This document shows positions 1 to 11,047 of a stretch of DNA of 64,000 bases, piece after piece. Every line of letters starts with the position of its first letter. The stretch's first letter is position 1. The stretch comes from Candidatus Babeliales bacterium (GTDB taxonomy: Bacteria; Babelota; Babeliae; Babelales; JACPOV01): NCBI GenBank assembly GCA_050250855.1, contig JBFWNW010000004.1:96001-160000 (forward strand), written 5' to 3'. The notes under the pieces were generated by a model. That model was not told where the DNA came from. It ran no database searches and was given only the letters and a program-made list of their open reading frames with translations. The translations under genes and the position numbers were made by a program.

Positions 1-802
1 CAACATCAAGATGGACCGATTGTGCAACGTCAAAGCGCACGCCACGTTGCATCCAATAAGAGATGAGTTCTGAACGTTTGATATGCTCGGCCATCCACAA
101 TTCTTTGAGCGTATTAATGCCGCGTACATTATCAAAAGGAACGCTGACAGTTTCTATAGTTTGTTGTTGATCATTGGCAATATTAATAAGATCAGTAATG
201 TAAAATTCTTGAGCATTATTATTATTTTCAAGAAGATCTAATGCTTGATTAAGGAACTTTGTATTAAAAATATACATGCCGGCATTAATGCAGCATGAAT
301 CTTGATGTTCTTGTGTGATATCTTTTGCTTCTATAATTTTTACTGTTTTTCCTTCTTGAATAACACGACCATAATGTGTTGCCGCTGCTTCTGGTAGATG
401 CGCTGTTACAAATGTTACGGCCGCATCTGAAGCATAATGCTTTTCCAAAAGATTTTTAATATTATCTTCAGAAACCAAGGGCATGTCGCCATTCATGACG
501 AGAATATGGTCATGATTCCATGTAGCTTGAGATTGGGCTAATGCATGGCCAGTGCCATATTGTTCTTTTTGCTCAACAAAAGAGACAGGCGTGTGAATAT
601 GCTCTTCGACGCACTTTGTTATTTCTTCTGCTTGATGACCAATAACAAGTGAAACTGGCATATTAAGCTTTTTGAGTAATTTTGTCGGGTAGAGGATCAT
701 CTCTTGCCCGCATAATTTTTCTAATAATTTAGAAGTGCCAGTATTGAATCGTTTAGATTTACCAGCGGCAAGAATTATAGCTTGTACAGAATATTTTGAC
801 AT
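1..802 (-). CDS. glmU: Bifunctional UDP-GlcNAc pyrophosphorylase / glucosamine-1-P acetyltransferase, N-terminal part (runs off the left edge)
   Basis: Manual translation gives MSKYSVQAIILAAGKSKRFN..., EQYGTGHA, NGDMP, INAGMY, FYITDL and GINT. ATG at 802 has an upstream GAGGAG; an alternative ATG is at 808. Confidence 0.9.
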   Translation of the reverse strand, partial: MSKYSVQAIILAAGKSKRFNTGTSKLLEKLCGQEMILYPTKLLKKLNMPVSLVIGHQAEEITKCVEEHIHTPVSFVEQKEQYGTGHALAQSQATWNHDHILVMNGDMPLVSEDNIKNLLEKHYASDAAVTFVTAHLPEAAATHYGRVIQEGKTVKIIEAKDITQEHQDSCCINAGMYIFNTKFLNQALDLLENNNNAQEFYITDLINIANDQQQTIETVSVPFDNVRGINTLKELWMAEHIKRSELISYWMQRGVRFDVAQSVHLDV

Positions 803-860
803 TCTCATCTCCTCTGTGATTGCTGCCAAAAATAAATTTTTTTTCCAAAGGTGTTAAGAA

Positions 861-890
861 AGCTTAGTTCTTCTTGTATATTTTTGTCAA
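861..890 (-). promoter_or_regulatory. Candidate sigma70 promoter for glmU
   Basis: TTGACA-18 nt-TAAGCT on the minus strand. Confidence 0.45.
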
Positions 891-942
891 TGTCCTTTAC
901 AAAAAGAAAAACATGCTATTTATATACTGAGTTTTAAAGTTC

Positions 943-1028
943 GTTCGCACCCTTCGACGAGCTCAGGGCGAACGGGATGAAAAATACTTAGAGCCGTTCG
1001 TGCTGAGCTTGTCGAAGCATTCGAACGG
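943..1028. repeat. REP-like palindromic element, two inverted units (type A)
   Basis: Units CCGTTCG-stem-GAG-loop-CGA-stem-CGAAC at 943-975 (-) and 994-1028 (+). Related copies at 10106, 10851, 13950 and 59575. Confidence 0.9.
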
Positions 1029-1056
1029 TAGGTAATAATTACTTGATTAATGAATA

Positions 1057-1653
1057 TTATTTATTTTCCTCTAAAAAATCTTCAAGTGGTTTTCGGTACA
1101 GCTCGGTTAAACAATATGATTGGTCACGGTATTCCAAAATTCCTTGTTGCATAAGTTTCTTTTGTTCATATGCACCAGAACTAAGCTCACTTCCTAATGC
1201 TCTTTTTACTTGTTGTTTTAAAATTTCTTGAAAAGAAGGGAAAGAGTCTTTTGATTGTTGTATCGTTAATATAAAAGCAATAATGCCTATATCGAGTATT
1301 AGCGTATCGCCATCCTTTTTAGTTTTTATTGTTTCAAGATCAAGGCTTTCTGGAAAATCTACTTTATAATCTTTAAATGCTCTTGAATGAGCAAAATCCC
1401 GTGTATCTTGATTCCAAGCGAGAACAGGAAATAAAACTGTTTCAGGATCTATTTTTTTACCAAAGGCTTTTTCAAGTTGATCTTTTGGCAAAAAATTTAC
1501 GCTAGATTCTTCGGGAAAACCTGCAATTTGAGGATAATTACCAGTTTTTAATTGTATGAATCCTGTAACGGCTATTTGTTGCTGTGAAAATATCCCTCCC
1601 GTTTGTGTACAAACTGATGTTGTTAATGCGATAAACAACGCTATTTTTTTCAT
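1057..1653 (-). CDS. Exported protein or possible lipoprotein, paralog family P, copy 1
   Basis: MKK plus hydrophobic signal ending TTSVC. Closely similar to 1666..2283. Confidence 0.8.
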   Translation of the reverse strand: MKKIALFIALTTSVCTQTGGIFSQQQIAVTGFIQLKTGNYPQIAGFPEESSVNFLPKDQLEKAFGKKIDPETVLFPVLAWNQDTRDFAHSRAFKDYKVDFPESLDLETIKTKKDGDTLILDIGIIAFILTIQQSKDSFPSFQEILKQQVKRALGSELSSGAYEQKKLMQQGILEYRDQSYCLTELYRKPLEDFLEENK

Positions 1654-1665
1654 AAAGTTCCTATA

Positions 1666-2283
1666 TTATTTATTTTCCTTTAAAAAATCTTCCAGTGGTT
1701 TTCTGTGCTTTTCTGTTAAAAGGTATGAATGTAGAATACCTTTTTCCAAGATTCCTTCTTCAATGAGTTTTTCTCTTTCATTTGCGCCATAATTAAGCTG
1801 GAACCCTAAAGCTCTGTTTACTTGTTGTTTTAAAACTTCTTGAAACGAGTCTTGAAAAAATTCTGATGGTTGCTGTACCGTTAAAATAAAAGTTACAAAG
1901 CCTATTTTAAGTGTTAATTCATCATTATCGTTTTTAGTTTTTATTGTTTCAAAATCAAGACTTGGTGGAAATATTATTCCTTCATTTGTTAATTTATTTA
2001 AATGAGCAAAATCTTGTTTGTTGTCACTATTCCAAGCACGAACAGGAAATAAGATTGTTTGAGGAGTTATTTCTTTGCCAAGAGCTTTTTCAAGTTGAGT
2101 TTTTGTTGAGTATTCAGGAAGGGGACTTTTTTCAGGAAATCCTGCAATTTCTGGACAGATATCAGGATTTAATCTTATGAATCCTGTAATGCTTTTTGGT
2201 TCAGGTTCTGGTTGTGACCAGAAGCCTCCCGTTTGTGTACATGCTGATGTTGTTAATGCAATGAGCAAAGCTATTTTTTTCAT
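1666..2283 (-). CDS. Exported protein or possible lipoprotein, paralog family P, copy 2
   Basis: Signal ending TTSAC. Shares FP-SLD-ETIKTK, FQE-LKQQV-RALG and GILE with copy 1. Confidence 0.8.
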   Translation of the reverse strand: MKKIALLIALTTSACTQTGGFWSQPEPEPKSITGFIRLNPDICPEIAGFPEKSPLPEYSTKTQLEKALGKEITPQTILFPVRAWNSDNKQDFAHLNKLTNEGIIFPPSLDFETIKTKNDNDELTLKIGFVTFILTVQQPSEFFQDSFQEVLKQQVNRALGFQLNYGANEREKLIEEGILEKGILHSYLLTEKHRKPLEDFLKENK

Positions 2284-2293
2284 TAATTTTCCT

Positions 2294-2929
2294 TTAGTTT
2301 TCTTTTGTTAAATATGGTTTATATTTTTGCTTTGTTGTAGCGGTGCATTTATATTTTTTTTCAAGAGCAAGATCTCCTTGCCCTTTAGGGAATAATGCAG
2401 GAACAAATTCTGGTTCTATGATGCCTTGTTGTTCTAAAAAGTTTTCATCAGTGGGATCATAATCAAGTTTATTTTGCTTAAGTACCACGTTGAGTAGTTC
2501 ATCTCTTACGTCCTGAAATTTTCTCTGAGTTTCATATTGTTTTCCCTTTTGTTTGAGAGTCAAACAACATTTAAAACCAGTTAGTTTAAGACAAATTTGA
2601 TCGCCTTCATCTAGATCTTTGAGTATAGAGAAAGGAAGATATTCGGGAAAAATAGCATGTGGTGGTGTGCGATCTTTTTGCCAATTGTTGCATTCATCAC
2701 TTGTTGCCCATACTTCAAAGCACAGTTCATCTGGCTTTAAGTAATTAATCCCTGAATCTTGCAACGTTTTGCCACAAAAACTGTTGCCGCTGCCATAGAA
2801 CATTGGTCTTAAGGGATATAAAAAAAGCTCGCCTTCATGGACGACATCTTGTTTTGTATTTGGTTGTTTCTTTTCTTCAGCAGCATGTGCGAGCGTCATT
2901 GCGCAGAGAATCAAAACTATTTTTTTCAT
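2294..2929 (-). CDS. Exported protein, paralog family P, copy 3
   Basis: Signal peptide (AHA-A). Motifs YLPFSILKDLDEGD, LTLKQ, FQD and LEQQGIIE. Confidence 0.75.
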   Translation of the reverse strand: MKKIVLILCAMTLAHAAEEKKQPNTKQDVVHEGELFLYPLRPMFYGSGNSFCGKTLQDSGINYLKPDELCFEVWATSDECNNWQKDRTPPHAIFPEYLPFSILKDLDEGDQICLKLTGFKCCLTLKQKGKQYETQRKFQDVRDELLNVVLKQNKLDYDPTDENFLEQQGIIEPEFVPALFPKGQGDLALEKKYKCTATTKQKYKPYLTKEN

Positions 2930-2939
2930 AGAAACTCCT

Positions 2940-3572
2940 TTAGTTTTTTTTTGTTAGAGATGGTAATCCTTGTGTAATATACTTTAAATAAGAAACTTTT
3001 TGATGAGTGGAAAGAACATATCCTGCTATCATTTGATTGGTGAATGTATAAAAAGATGGATGGGGAACCATGCCATTTTCTATAATTTTTTGTTCAAGTA
3101 ACATTGTTTTGTCATGCGTATCAAAATCTGGCCCTTTTACAAATGTTTCCAAAAGAAGATGGTTTAGCTGTTCTTTAAAATTTTTATCCCCGAGAAAAAT
3201 AGATTTTTTTTGATCTATTGTTAAGGTACAGCTCCAGGAATCTGATGAAAAAGAAAGAGTAGCTTCATCGTGAAGACCTTGGATGAAAGCAAAGGGGACG
3301 TATCTTTCCAGGTTATTTTTTATGCAAGAGCCAAGCGGTAAAGCATCCGTTATTTTTATTGTTACAGGAAATAAAAGCGTATCTGGCTTAAGGTCAGTGA
3401 ATTTTATAATTTTTAAAATATCACTATTTTTACCGCTACCATAGAGCTTTGGTTTTTTATTAAGAAAACTATCCAGAAATAAAATTCCCTGTAAAATTAT
3501 TTTATTTTTTTCTTCAGCTGTTTGTAGAGGCCATATAAAAAAGAGGAATGCAAAATTTATTATTTTTTTCAT
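2940..3572 (-). CDS. Exported protein, paralog family P, copy 4
   Basis: Signal peptide. YGSG and LKPD shared with copy 3; also YVPF, LTIDQ and LLEQKIIE. Confidence 0.75.
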   Translation of the reverse strand: MKKIINFAFLFFIWPLQTAEEKNKIILQGILFLDSFLNKKPKLYGSGKNSDILKIIKFTDLKPDTLLFPVTIKITDALPLGSCIKNNLERYVPFAFIQGLHDEATLSFSSDSWSCTLTIDQKKSIFLGDKNFKEQLNHLLLETFVKGPDFDTHDKTMLLEQKIIENGMVPHPSFYTFTNQMIAGYVLSTHQKVSYLKYITQGLPSLTKKN

Positions 3573-3816
3573 ACAAGCCTTTTTTTATCATATATCAAAA
3601 ACCAATCCTATAGTTTCTTGGTTACAAAAGCAACGTATTAGCAATTACTGAAATATTTGCAAAACTCTTTAAAAAATACAGGAATCAAGTATTATTATAA
3701 AACATTTAGACAGTGAAAGAAGCAAAAAATATTCAAAAATAGGTACATCAGTTATTCAGATACGTTTCTGTGAAAACATTTACCGGTAATGAAATAAACA
3801 ACTTTGTACAAGAAGA

Positions 3817-5076
3817 TTGGAAATTCGTATGGCAGCCATCAGACGCTCGATAGTTTTTTTATGGTTTTTGATAGGAACTATTTCTCAATTACAGGCCATG
3901 GTTTATGATGATCGCTATTTTCCGGAATATTCATGGGCTTCCTGGCGCACGTGCCAAAAACCGTCCCATTTTATTCCTGATATTTTTATTATGACTGCTC
4001 ACGATGCAGCACTTGATAATGATGATAGTATCGGAATTCCTGAAATTTTTGGTATTTACGATTTAAATAAGCTTGCTAATGCCATAACTATTTTAACCGG
4101 CAATAATCCTCTGGCTGGCGGACAGTTTGCAGGGCTTATTGGGAGAAATATTATCTATAACATGAAGGGCAAATTAGAAGCACAAGGTGCTGCGCTTGAA
4201 TATCATCAGCGCTTGACTGATAATGTTTCCTTTGGTTTTAACTTTTTTGCTATGCATGTTTTTTCACGCATCAATTTTGAACTTGCTGATGGTAATTTTC
4301 TTGGCTTAACGCCAGATCAAGTTCCTGCCTTAGATGCTCTGCGCCGTTCAATGCAACAATCTGTTGGCTTGCAAGCGCCTAAGTTTAGTAAAGGCGGTTT
4401 TTCTGACATAGATTTATATGTACGCTTTGGTAATTTGTGGGAATACAAACGTAAATTTAAACGCATAGATGCTGGTGTTCGTGCTGGCTTGCTTATTCCA
4501 ACGGGCTTAACGCGTGAAATTAATAATCCGGCATCAGTTCCTTTTGGTGGTAACGGCCATTGGGGTGTTTATGGCGCGCTTGATCTTGAAATCGAGGTAA
4601 AAGAAGATTGGAAAGCTGGTATCTATGCTCGTGGTAGCAAACGTTTTGAAAAAAAGAAATTCGATCGTTTACCGTTAGCAGATGAACAACCATTATTTGC
4701 TGCATTTGTTGGTAAAGCAAATATTGATCCAGGCTTAAACCTTGTTGTTGCGCCGTATGTGCGCGTCGAAGATATTAGTGATGGTCTTGGTATTCAGGCA
4801 AAATATACGTACGTGAACCATTTTGAAGATACTATTGCCGATGGAAGATTTGGTTTGAAAATTCCTTCTGTAGAATTAACAAAATACAATGAATATACGC
4901 AATGGAGTTCAGAATACTTGACTCTTAATCTTTTTTATGATTTTGCTAGAGTAAGAGTAAGTAAGTCTTTTGCGCCAATTCTTTCTTTTATGTGTGATTT
5001 TCCTATTCAGTTTTTTGGGGTAGAACGCGTAAGTAAGACTTTCCGCGTATCAATGGGAATAGTTTTTGGATTTTAA
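3817..5076 (+). CDS. Putative outer-membrane beta-barrel protein (barrel family B); start may be ATG 3829
   Basis: Signal peptide, amphipathic strands, GGFSDID / IPTG / PFGGNGHW motifs, terminal Phe (GIVFGF). Confidence 0.7.
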   Translation: MEIRMAAIRRSIVFLWFLIGTISQLQAMVYDDRYFPEYSWASWRTCQKPSHFIPDIFIMTAHDAALDNDDSIGIPEIFGIYDLNKLANAITILTGNNPLAGGQFAGLIGRNIIYNMKGKLEAQGAALEYHQRLTDNVSFGFNFFAMHVFSRINFELADGNFLGLTPDQVPALDALRRSMQQSVGLQAPKFSKGGFSDIDLYVRFGNLWEYKRKFKRIDAGVRAGLLIPTGLTREINNPASVPFGGNGHWGVYGALDLEIEVKEDWKAGIYARGSKRFEKKKFDRLPLADEQPLFAAFVGKANIDPGLNLVVAPYVRVEDISDGLGIQAKYTYVNHFEDTIADGRFGLKIPSVELTKYNEYTQWSSEYLTLNLFYDFARVRVSKSFAPILSFMCDFPIQFFGVERVSKTFRVSMGIVFGF

Positions 5077-5083
5077 TTCATAG

Positions 5084-6127
<1,044 letters not shown>

Positions 6128-6146
6128 GAGTAAAACGATATAGTTT

Positions 6147-6183
6147 AAAAAGAGGCTCTGAAATTTCAGGGCCTCTTTTTTTT
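6147..6183. terminator. Bidirectional intrinsic terminator
   Basis: AAAAAGAGGCTCTGAAATTTCAGGGCCTCTTTTTTTT between convergent genes. Confidence 0.85.
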
Positions 6184-6191
6184 GTATCAAG

Positions 6192-6875
6192 TTATTGGAG
6201 TGAATTTTTATCAGCTTGAGAAAGTAATATTAATTGCACCTGCGGTTCATGAGGGGCTACTGGATTTTGCAGTTCTTTTTTAAAAAATCCCTTGGGGCCA
6301 TGCATAAAGCGGTTAACTTGTTCAATTTTTTTGATAATGCCAGCTTCTACTAGTTTTTCTTCGTCTGCTGGAAAATAGCTGGCAAAACTTTTTGCTTCTT
6401 CTTTAAGCAACTGGTGAAGGTTGCCAGAAAGTGTTTCTTCAGGGTTTTTGCTCAAAGCGGCTGTGTTAAGAATAAGCTGTATTGTTTGTTCTTTTTTATT
6501 TTTTATAAAAAGAGACTCTTTTTCATTAAGTTCTTTTAATTCTTGGTAAGGGACGTATGAAGGAATCTGTGCGTTTTCCCATATTTCTTGTTCATTATCA
6601 TATTCTTCTGTATCCTCTTGGCATGAATGTATAGGGAGCGAGATAAGTTTAAAAAGAAGTTCGTTTGCTTTAATGGTTCTGCCAAAATTATGTTTGAGCG
6701 TTTCGTTTATTTTAAAGGGGTCAAGAGTATCATACCCAGCATAGACTGGATGTTGTTTCATAATCGTGAACAGTCCAACTAAATCAGGAAATGGCATTTC
6801 TTGTTTAGTCGATTTTTCAGCGCTTTGTGTCAATAAAGAAGTGCAGAAAAGGGTTATTAAACAAAGTTGTTTCAT
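6192..6875 (-). CDS. Exported protein, distant member of paralog family P
   Basis: Signal peptide. IPSYVPYQELKELNE and DEEKLVEAGII align by eye with family P motifs. Confidence 0.65.
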   Translation of the reverse strand: MKQLCLITLFCTSLLTQSAEKSTKQEMPFPDLVGLFTIMKQHPVYAGYDTLDPFKINETLKHNFGRTIKANELLFKLISLPIHSCQEDTEEYDNEQEIWENAQIPSYVPYQELKELNEKESLFIKNKKEQTIQLILNTAALSKNPEETLSGNLHQLLKEEAKSFASYFPADEEKLVEAGIIKKIEQVNRFMHGPKGFFKKELQNPVAPHEPQVQLILLSQADKNSLQ

Positions 6876-7027
6876 AGAAGCTCCTTAGATTAAAGGGGTT
6901 ATAGTTGGGGGGTACTGTATAGGAAATTATACTATTTTTCTAGTATTTTAAGTTCTAACTTTTTTCTATATCCATGGTATACTTAAAGAAAATAAGCTTG
7001 TAGACCCATTTTTGAATGTAGATTGCT

Positions 7028-7807
7028 ATGATAAAAACAGTTAAAGGAATAGAGGTTAAGAAAAGATATGGTCAGCATTTTTTGCGTAACCATACTGTTA
7101 TTGACCATATGATTGATGCGGTATCTGTTACTGGTGTTTCTGTAATGGAAATTGGCTGCGGGGAAGGTGTACTGACCCGGGCAATTTTACAAACTAAAGT
7201 GGCCCGCTTATGGGTTTTTGAAATTGATCCAGAATGGGCTAGTTATGTAAAAAATTCAATTCAGGACGAACGCCTTGCCGTGCATGAGGAAAATATTCTT
7301 GATATTGATCCTTCTATGCTCGAACCGTATAAGCCTTGGACGTTATTGGCGAACTTGCCTTATCAGATTACGTTTCCTATTTTGCATCTGGTGCAAAGAA
7401 ATCGTCATCTTTTTTCTGAAGGTGTTGTTATGGTGCAGGAAGAAGTTGCTCAAAAAATCACCAAAACAAAGGGGAAGGGATACGGTTATTCTTCACTCTT
7501 TTTCCAGTATTACTTTGAGTGGAAGCAGATGGATAAAATTGCACCGTCTTCATTTTTCCCGCCACCTAAAGTTTATTCACGTCTTTTATATTTTAAGGTA
7601 AAACAGAATGTTCCTGCTATTGCGCACGAAGAACAATTTTGGCAGTTTATTAAACTTTGTTTTAGACAGCCTCGTCGTACCTTAAAAAATAATTTGGCTC
7701 AAACTCACTATGATAGTGCAAAAATTCCTGAAGAGTATTTTGATTTACGAGCACAGCAAATTTCTATGGAACAATTTTTAGCATTGTGGGCACTCTTGAA
7801 CAGGTAA
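7028..7807 (+). CDS. rsmA: 16S rRNA m6,2A dimethyltransferase RsmA/KsgA
   Basis: GQHFL, EIGCGEG, ANLPYQIT, MVQEEVA and FFPPPKV. Confidence 0.97.
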   Translation: MIKTVKGIEVKKRYGQHFLRNHTVIDHMIDAVSVTGVSVMEIGCGEGVLTRAILQTKVARLWVFEIDPEWASYVKNSIQDERLAVHEENILDIDPSMLEPYKPWTLLANLPYQITFPILHLVQRNRHLFSEGVVMVQEEVAQKITKTKGKGYGYSSLFFQYYFEWKQMDKIAPSSFFPPPKVYSRLLYFKVKQNVPAIAHEEQFWQFIKLCFRQPRRTLKNNLAQTHYDSAKIPEEYFDLRAQQISMEQFLALWALLNR

Positions 7808-9118
7808 ACAGCCCTTTGTTTTTTTGCAACTAGCTCTGCGTTCCTTCCACGTGCCAAACTGTTCTTTATTTGCTTGCCTGATAGATTTTTTTACTTTTTT
7901 TTCATACTTCAATCTATTGAAACTTTCGTCTGGCCTGAACTGTTCAGCATGCGTTTTAAGGTGACACATTGTTTTTTTATCAACAAATGGTGTTATTTTT
8001 TCATACTTTTTATCAAAATCATAAAAGAGCATAGCTTCATAATCTGGATGCAGTTCTACCATTAAATTTTTAGCATCAGGCATGGTTTCTTGCAGTTTAC
8101 TAATAATAACAGGAATAAATACGCCGACAGGTAATGGATAAAGCGGAAAGGTATCGCGATAACTTGCTGGTGACCAGCCAAATGACCATAACTCGGTATG
8201 GCCAGGGTCTGAATTTCTTTGTGTTGAGCGACGATGAATGAGTTCTTCAAGAGAATATGAAGAAGGGTTTTTTCTTCCTTTTGTTGCTCGTTTAATTTTG
8301 ATATTGATTTGAACAATTTTTTCAGGAACAGAAAAATCACTACGATCATGAAACTTACGGTTAGAAAAAACACGATCAAGAGAAAAGAAATCCAGGCGTT
8401 GCACGCGATCACCATATGAATAAAAATGATACACTTTTTTAAAGAGCGAGCTATTAAGAAGATAATCAGTTTCTGGTAAAATTGGTGCGCCCATTAAAAT
8501 AAGTTCATCAACAATTATTTTTTTTGTTTTATCGTATCCTTCTTTTTTATATACTTCAGCAAGCTTGAGTGCAACATTGGCACCATGGCTGTAACCGATA
8601 ATGTGGATTTTAACGTTGTAATGATCATTATTAAAAAAATGTTCAAATTCTTTAAGCATTTGGTCGTAGAAAATTTTTGCCTCAAGGTAACGTATACGTG
8701 GACTTAAAAGGCCAGACCATCCAAAGGTGTAATAGTGGTGTTCTATTGATTTATTTGGATGTGGTGCGAGCATATCCAAAAGTTGAGCATATGCTGTTGC
8801 TGCTGCTCCTGGTCTATTATTACCGCGATCAATTTTTCTTAAACCAAGTTCTTGCATAGGGTGATGTTGATAAAAATAAGGATCTCGGCGTGTTTGCTCA
8901 ATACTGCGAGAATAGGTGGTATTGGCAATTTTATCTTGCATAAATTTTATAATATTAGAAAAATTAATGTAGGGTGCAACGCTAATGATGCCGTGTACTA
9001 AAATAGTTATACTTATATCTTTTTTGTGATTTTCTTCATATTCCTCTACATCAAAACTAACTAGTGAAGAAGTAAAAAGAAGGGCAACGGTTAAATTTTT
9101 TGACAAGATCCATTTCAT
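7778..9118 (-). CDS. Exported alpha/beta-hydrolase-fold protein
   Basis: Signal-like N-terminus, LVHG, FGWSG, GYSHG nucleophile elbow, D-VQ and late GH. Confidence 0.7.
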   Translation of the reverse strand: MKWILSKNLTVALLFTSSLVSFDVEEYEENHKKDISITILVHGIISVAPYINFSNIIKFMQDKIANTTYSRSIEQTRRDPYFYQHHPMQELGLRKIDRGNNRPGAAATAYAQLLDMLAPHPNKSIEHHYYTFGWSGLLSPRIRYLEAKIFYDQMLKEFEHFFNNDHYNVKIHIIGYSHGANVALKLAEVYKKEGYDKTKKIIVDELILMGAPILPETDYLLNSSLFKKVYHFYSYGDRVQRLDFFSLDRVFSNRKFHDRSDFSVPEKIVQINIKIKRATKGRKNPSSYSLEELIHRRSTQRNSDPGHTELWSFGWSPASYRDTFPLYPLPVGVFIPVIISKLQETMPDAKNLMVELHPDYEAMLFYDFDKKYEKITPFVDKKTMCHLKTHAEQFRPDESFNRLKYEKKVKKSIRQANKEQFGTWKERRASCKKTKGCLPVQECPQC

Positions 9119-9268
9119 GATTAATCCTACTTAAAAAATGAATATACTTTGTAGTTTTGTAGTATAGTATAAAGATATGGTGATGCTTCCTCTATCTTTG
9201 TTACTTTAAAACTTTTTTTAAAAAATTAAAATGGTTAATTAGAGATAGTAAAAAAATATGGAAAGTAG

Positions 9269-10081
9269 ATGATGAAAAAAAATAAACAAATTTTGTGTAT
9301 TCTTGCCCTGTGTTCATATCTTTTTGCACAAGATCACCGCACCGAAAAATTTCTTAAAGGTCCGCAGATTACGTTTGAAAAAGATGTAACGCAGTTTGAT
9401 CAACAAATTAATGTTTTGTACGGAAAAAAAATTACTCTTATTCCTACTCTGAGCATTGTGAATCATGGCTTTACGGATAGATTAGGTATTCGCGCTATGA
9501 TTACTTCTGTAGTTGCCATGAGAGAGTTCCATCGCAGAGAAAAAGCATTTGGTGACATGTTTCTTTTTTTAGGATGGCATCCTATTAAAGGAAAAACTAT
9601 GCTCATGACCTTGCTTGCCGGTCTTAAAATACCGACATCAAGCAAGCCGCTTGTATTTTTATATGCAACACAATCGTTAGATTTTCCGTTTGAATTTCAA
9701 TGCGTGCATATGGGCAAAAAATGGTATGCAGAAGAAAGTGTATTTATAAATATTACGGGCGTTCCGCGCAAGCATATTAAATTTGGTAATTTTTACAATT
9801 GGGCTTTGGCATTTGGGCCTCATTATAAGCTTGAAAAAACTCAATCAAATTTATTTATATTAGGACGTTTGACGGGTGATCATATTAGAAAGGCTAAGAT
9901 TAATGGAGTTACTAATGATGACTCTGGTGGCACCATAGTATTATTGGGGCCTGAAATAGCGTGGTCTACTGATCGTGTTGTATTGCGTTCTATTATACAA
10001 GCGCCAATTGCCAATAGGCCATTTGGTATTCAGGATAATGCAGATTTTCGTTTATTCTTTTCAGCACGATTTATTTTTTAG
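9269..10081 (+). CDS. Putative outer-membrane beta-barrel protein (short member of family B, COG4313-like)
   Basis: Signal peptide, AFGDM, GLKIPT and DSGG motifs, terminal Phe (FSARFIF). Confidence 0.65.
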   Translation: MMKKNKQILCILALCSYLFAQDHRTEKFLKGPQITFEKDVTQFDQQINVLYGKKITLIPTLSIVNHGFTDRLGIRAMITSVVAMREFHRREKAFGDMFLFLGWHPIKGKTMLMTLLAGLKIPTSSKPLVFLYATQSLDFPFEFQCVHMGKKWYAEESVFINITGVPRKHIKFGNFYNWALAFGPHYKLEKTQSNLFILGRLTGDHIRKAKINGVTNDDSGGTIVLLGPEIAWSTDRVVLRSIIQAPIANRPFGIQDNADFRLFFSARFIF

Positions 10082-10105
10082 ACCTGAATTGGATACTTAA
10101 ATATC

Positions 10106-10241
10106 CCGTTCGTGGTGAGGAGCAAACTTATTTTAGTTTGCGTCTCGAACCATTTGAACGTCATAAAAAGATCTATGAAGATTTTAATTTTGAGTTCATG
10201 GTTCGAGACATTTTTCTTCGAAAAACCCTCACCACGAACGG
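10106..10241. repeat. REP/MITE-like element (type B) with 15-bp terminal inverted repeats
   Basis: CCGTTCGTGGTGAGG...CCTCACCACGAACGG. Near-identical copy at 13950. Confidence 0.9.
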
Positions 10242-10281
10242 AATATAGAAATTTTAAGAATGCTATTTCGAATTATGCGTT

Positions 10282-10710
10282 TTAAGCTGTTTGCATGTGC
10301 TTTTTCAAAACCAAAATATAAAGGCGTAAGATATTATTTACTTTGCTACAAAGTTCAAATGAACCATCAGTTTTTGTCGTTATTTCAGCTGCATATATCA
10401 TTGTTTGCAATTCAAGTTCATGCCACAAAATATCATCATGCGGTTGCGCACAAACAGCTTTATAGATCGGTAATTGTGGTAGGACTTTTTCAATGAACGT
10501 GGTACAAATATTCCAGCAGTGAGGCTCATAATCAGAAGAAAGAACGAGTTCAGCAGCTTTAGTTGTCCACATACAAGTTTTGGCATCATAAGAGGCCATT
10601 TTTTTTGCATAGGTAAGAATGTCTTTTTGTGCTTCTTTCCAGGCAGGAATAGAGGCTGTTAGAGTAGTTAGAGTTGTACTCAAACCAAGGATAAGTGCTA
10701 GTTTTTTCAT
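10282..10710 (-). CDS. Exported hypothetical protein
   Basis: AAGGA RBS, MKK signal peptide, own promoter. Confidence 0.75.
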   Translation of the reverse strand: MKKLALILGLSTTLTTLTASIPAWKEAQKDILTYAKKMASYDAKTCMWTTKAAELVLSSDYEPHCWNICTTFIEKVLPQLPIYKAVCAQPHDDILWHELELQTMIYAAEITTKTDGSFELCSKVNNILRLYILVLKKHMQTA

Positions 10711-10734
10711 AATAATCCTTCCATATTTTCTTAC

Positions 10735-10763
10735 AGTATAGACTGGTACGCTTTTTTTTGCAA
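10735..10763 (-). promoter_or_regulatory. Sigma70 promoter for 10282..10710
   Basis: TTGCAA-17 nt-TATACT on the minus strand. Confidence 0.55.
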
Positions 10764-10850
10764 AAGCCCCCCGGTAACCCTTGAGATTCTTGAGATATGA
10801 AAATGGTTTGTGCGAAAATCAAGCTGAGGATTTATCCATTTAATGTATTG

Positions 10851-11000
10851 CCGTCCGAATGCTTCGACAAGCTCAGCACGAACGGAGTGAGGGTTGAGCG
10901 CAGCGCTTACTCCTGAGTTCGACCGAAGGGTCAGCACGAACGGCTTAATTTAAATATTTTTCCTATTCCGTTCGCCCTGAGCCTGTCGAAGGGTGCGAAC
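10851..11000. repeat. REP-like composite element (type A, long form)
   Basis: Units at 10851-10885 (-), a mini unit plus a half unit at about 10911-10943, and 10968-11000 (+). Colinear with 59575..59736. Confidence 0.9.
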
Positions 11001-11047
11001 ACAAAAATATTTTGCATAATAATGTAGGAAACAGAGGAGCGTTTTTT

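Noticed and set aside
10741..10845. Possible TPP or other riboswitch (GCTGAG motif)
   Set aside because: The remaining conserved TPP elements are missing, and part of the region is explained by a sigma70 promoter.
10586..10937. ORFs 10731..10937 and 10586..10822
   Set aside because: They read through a REP-like element and a promoter region, so they are probably spurious.
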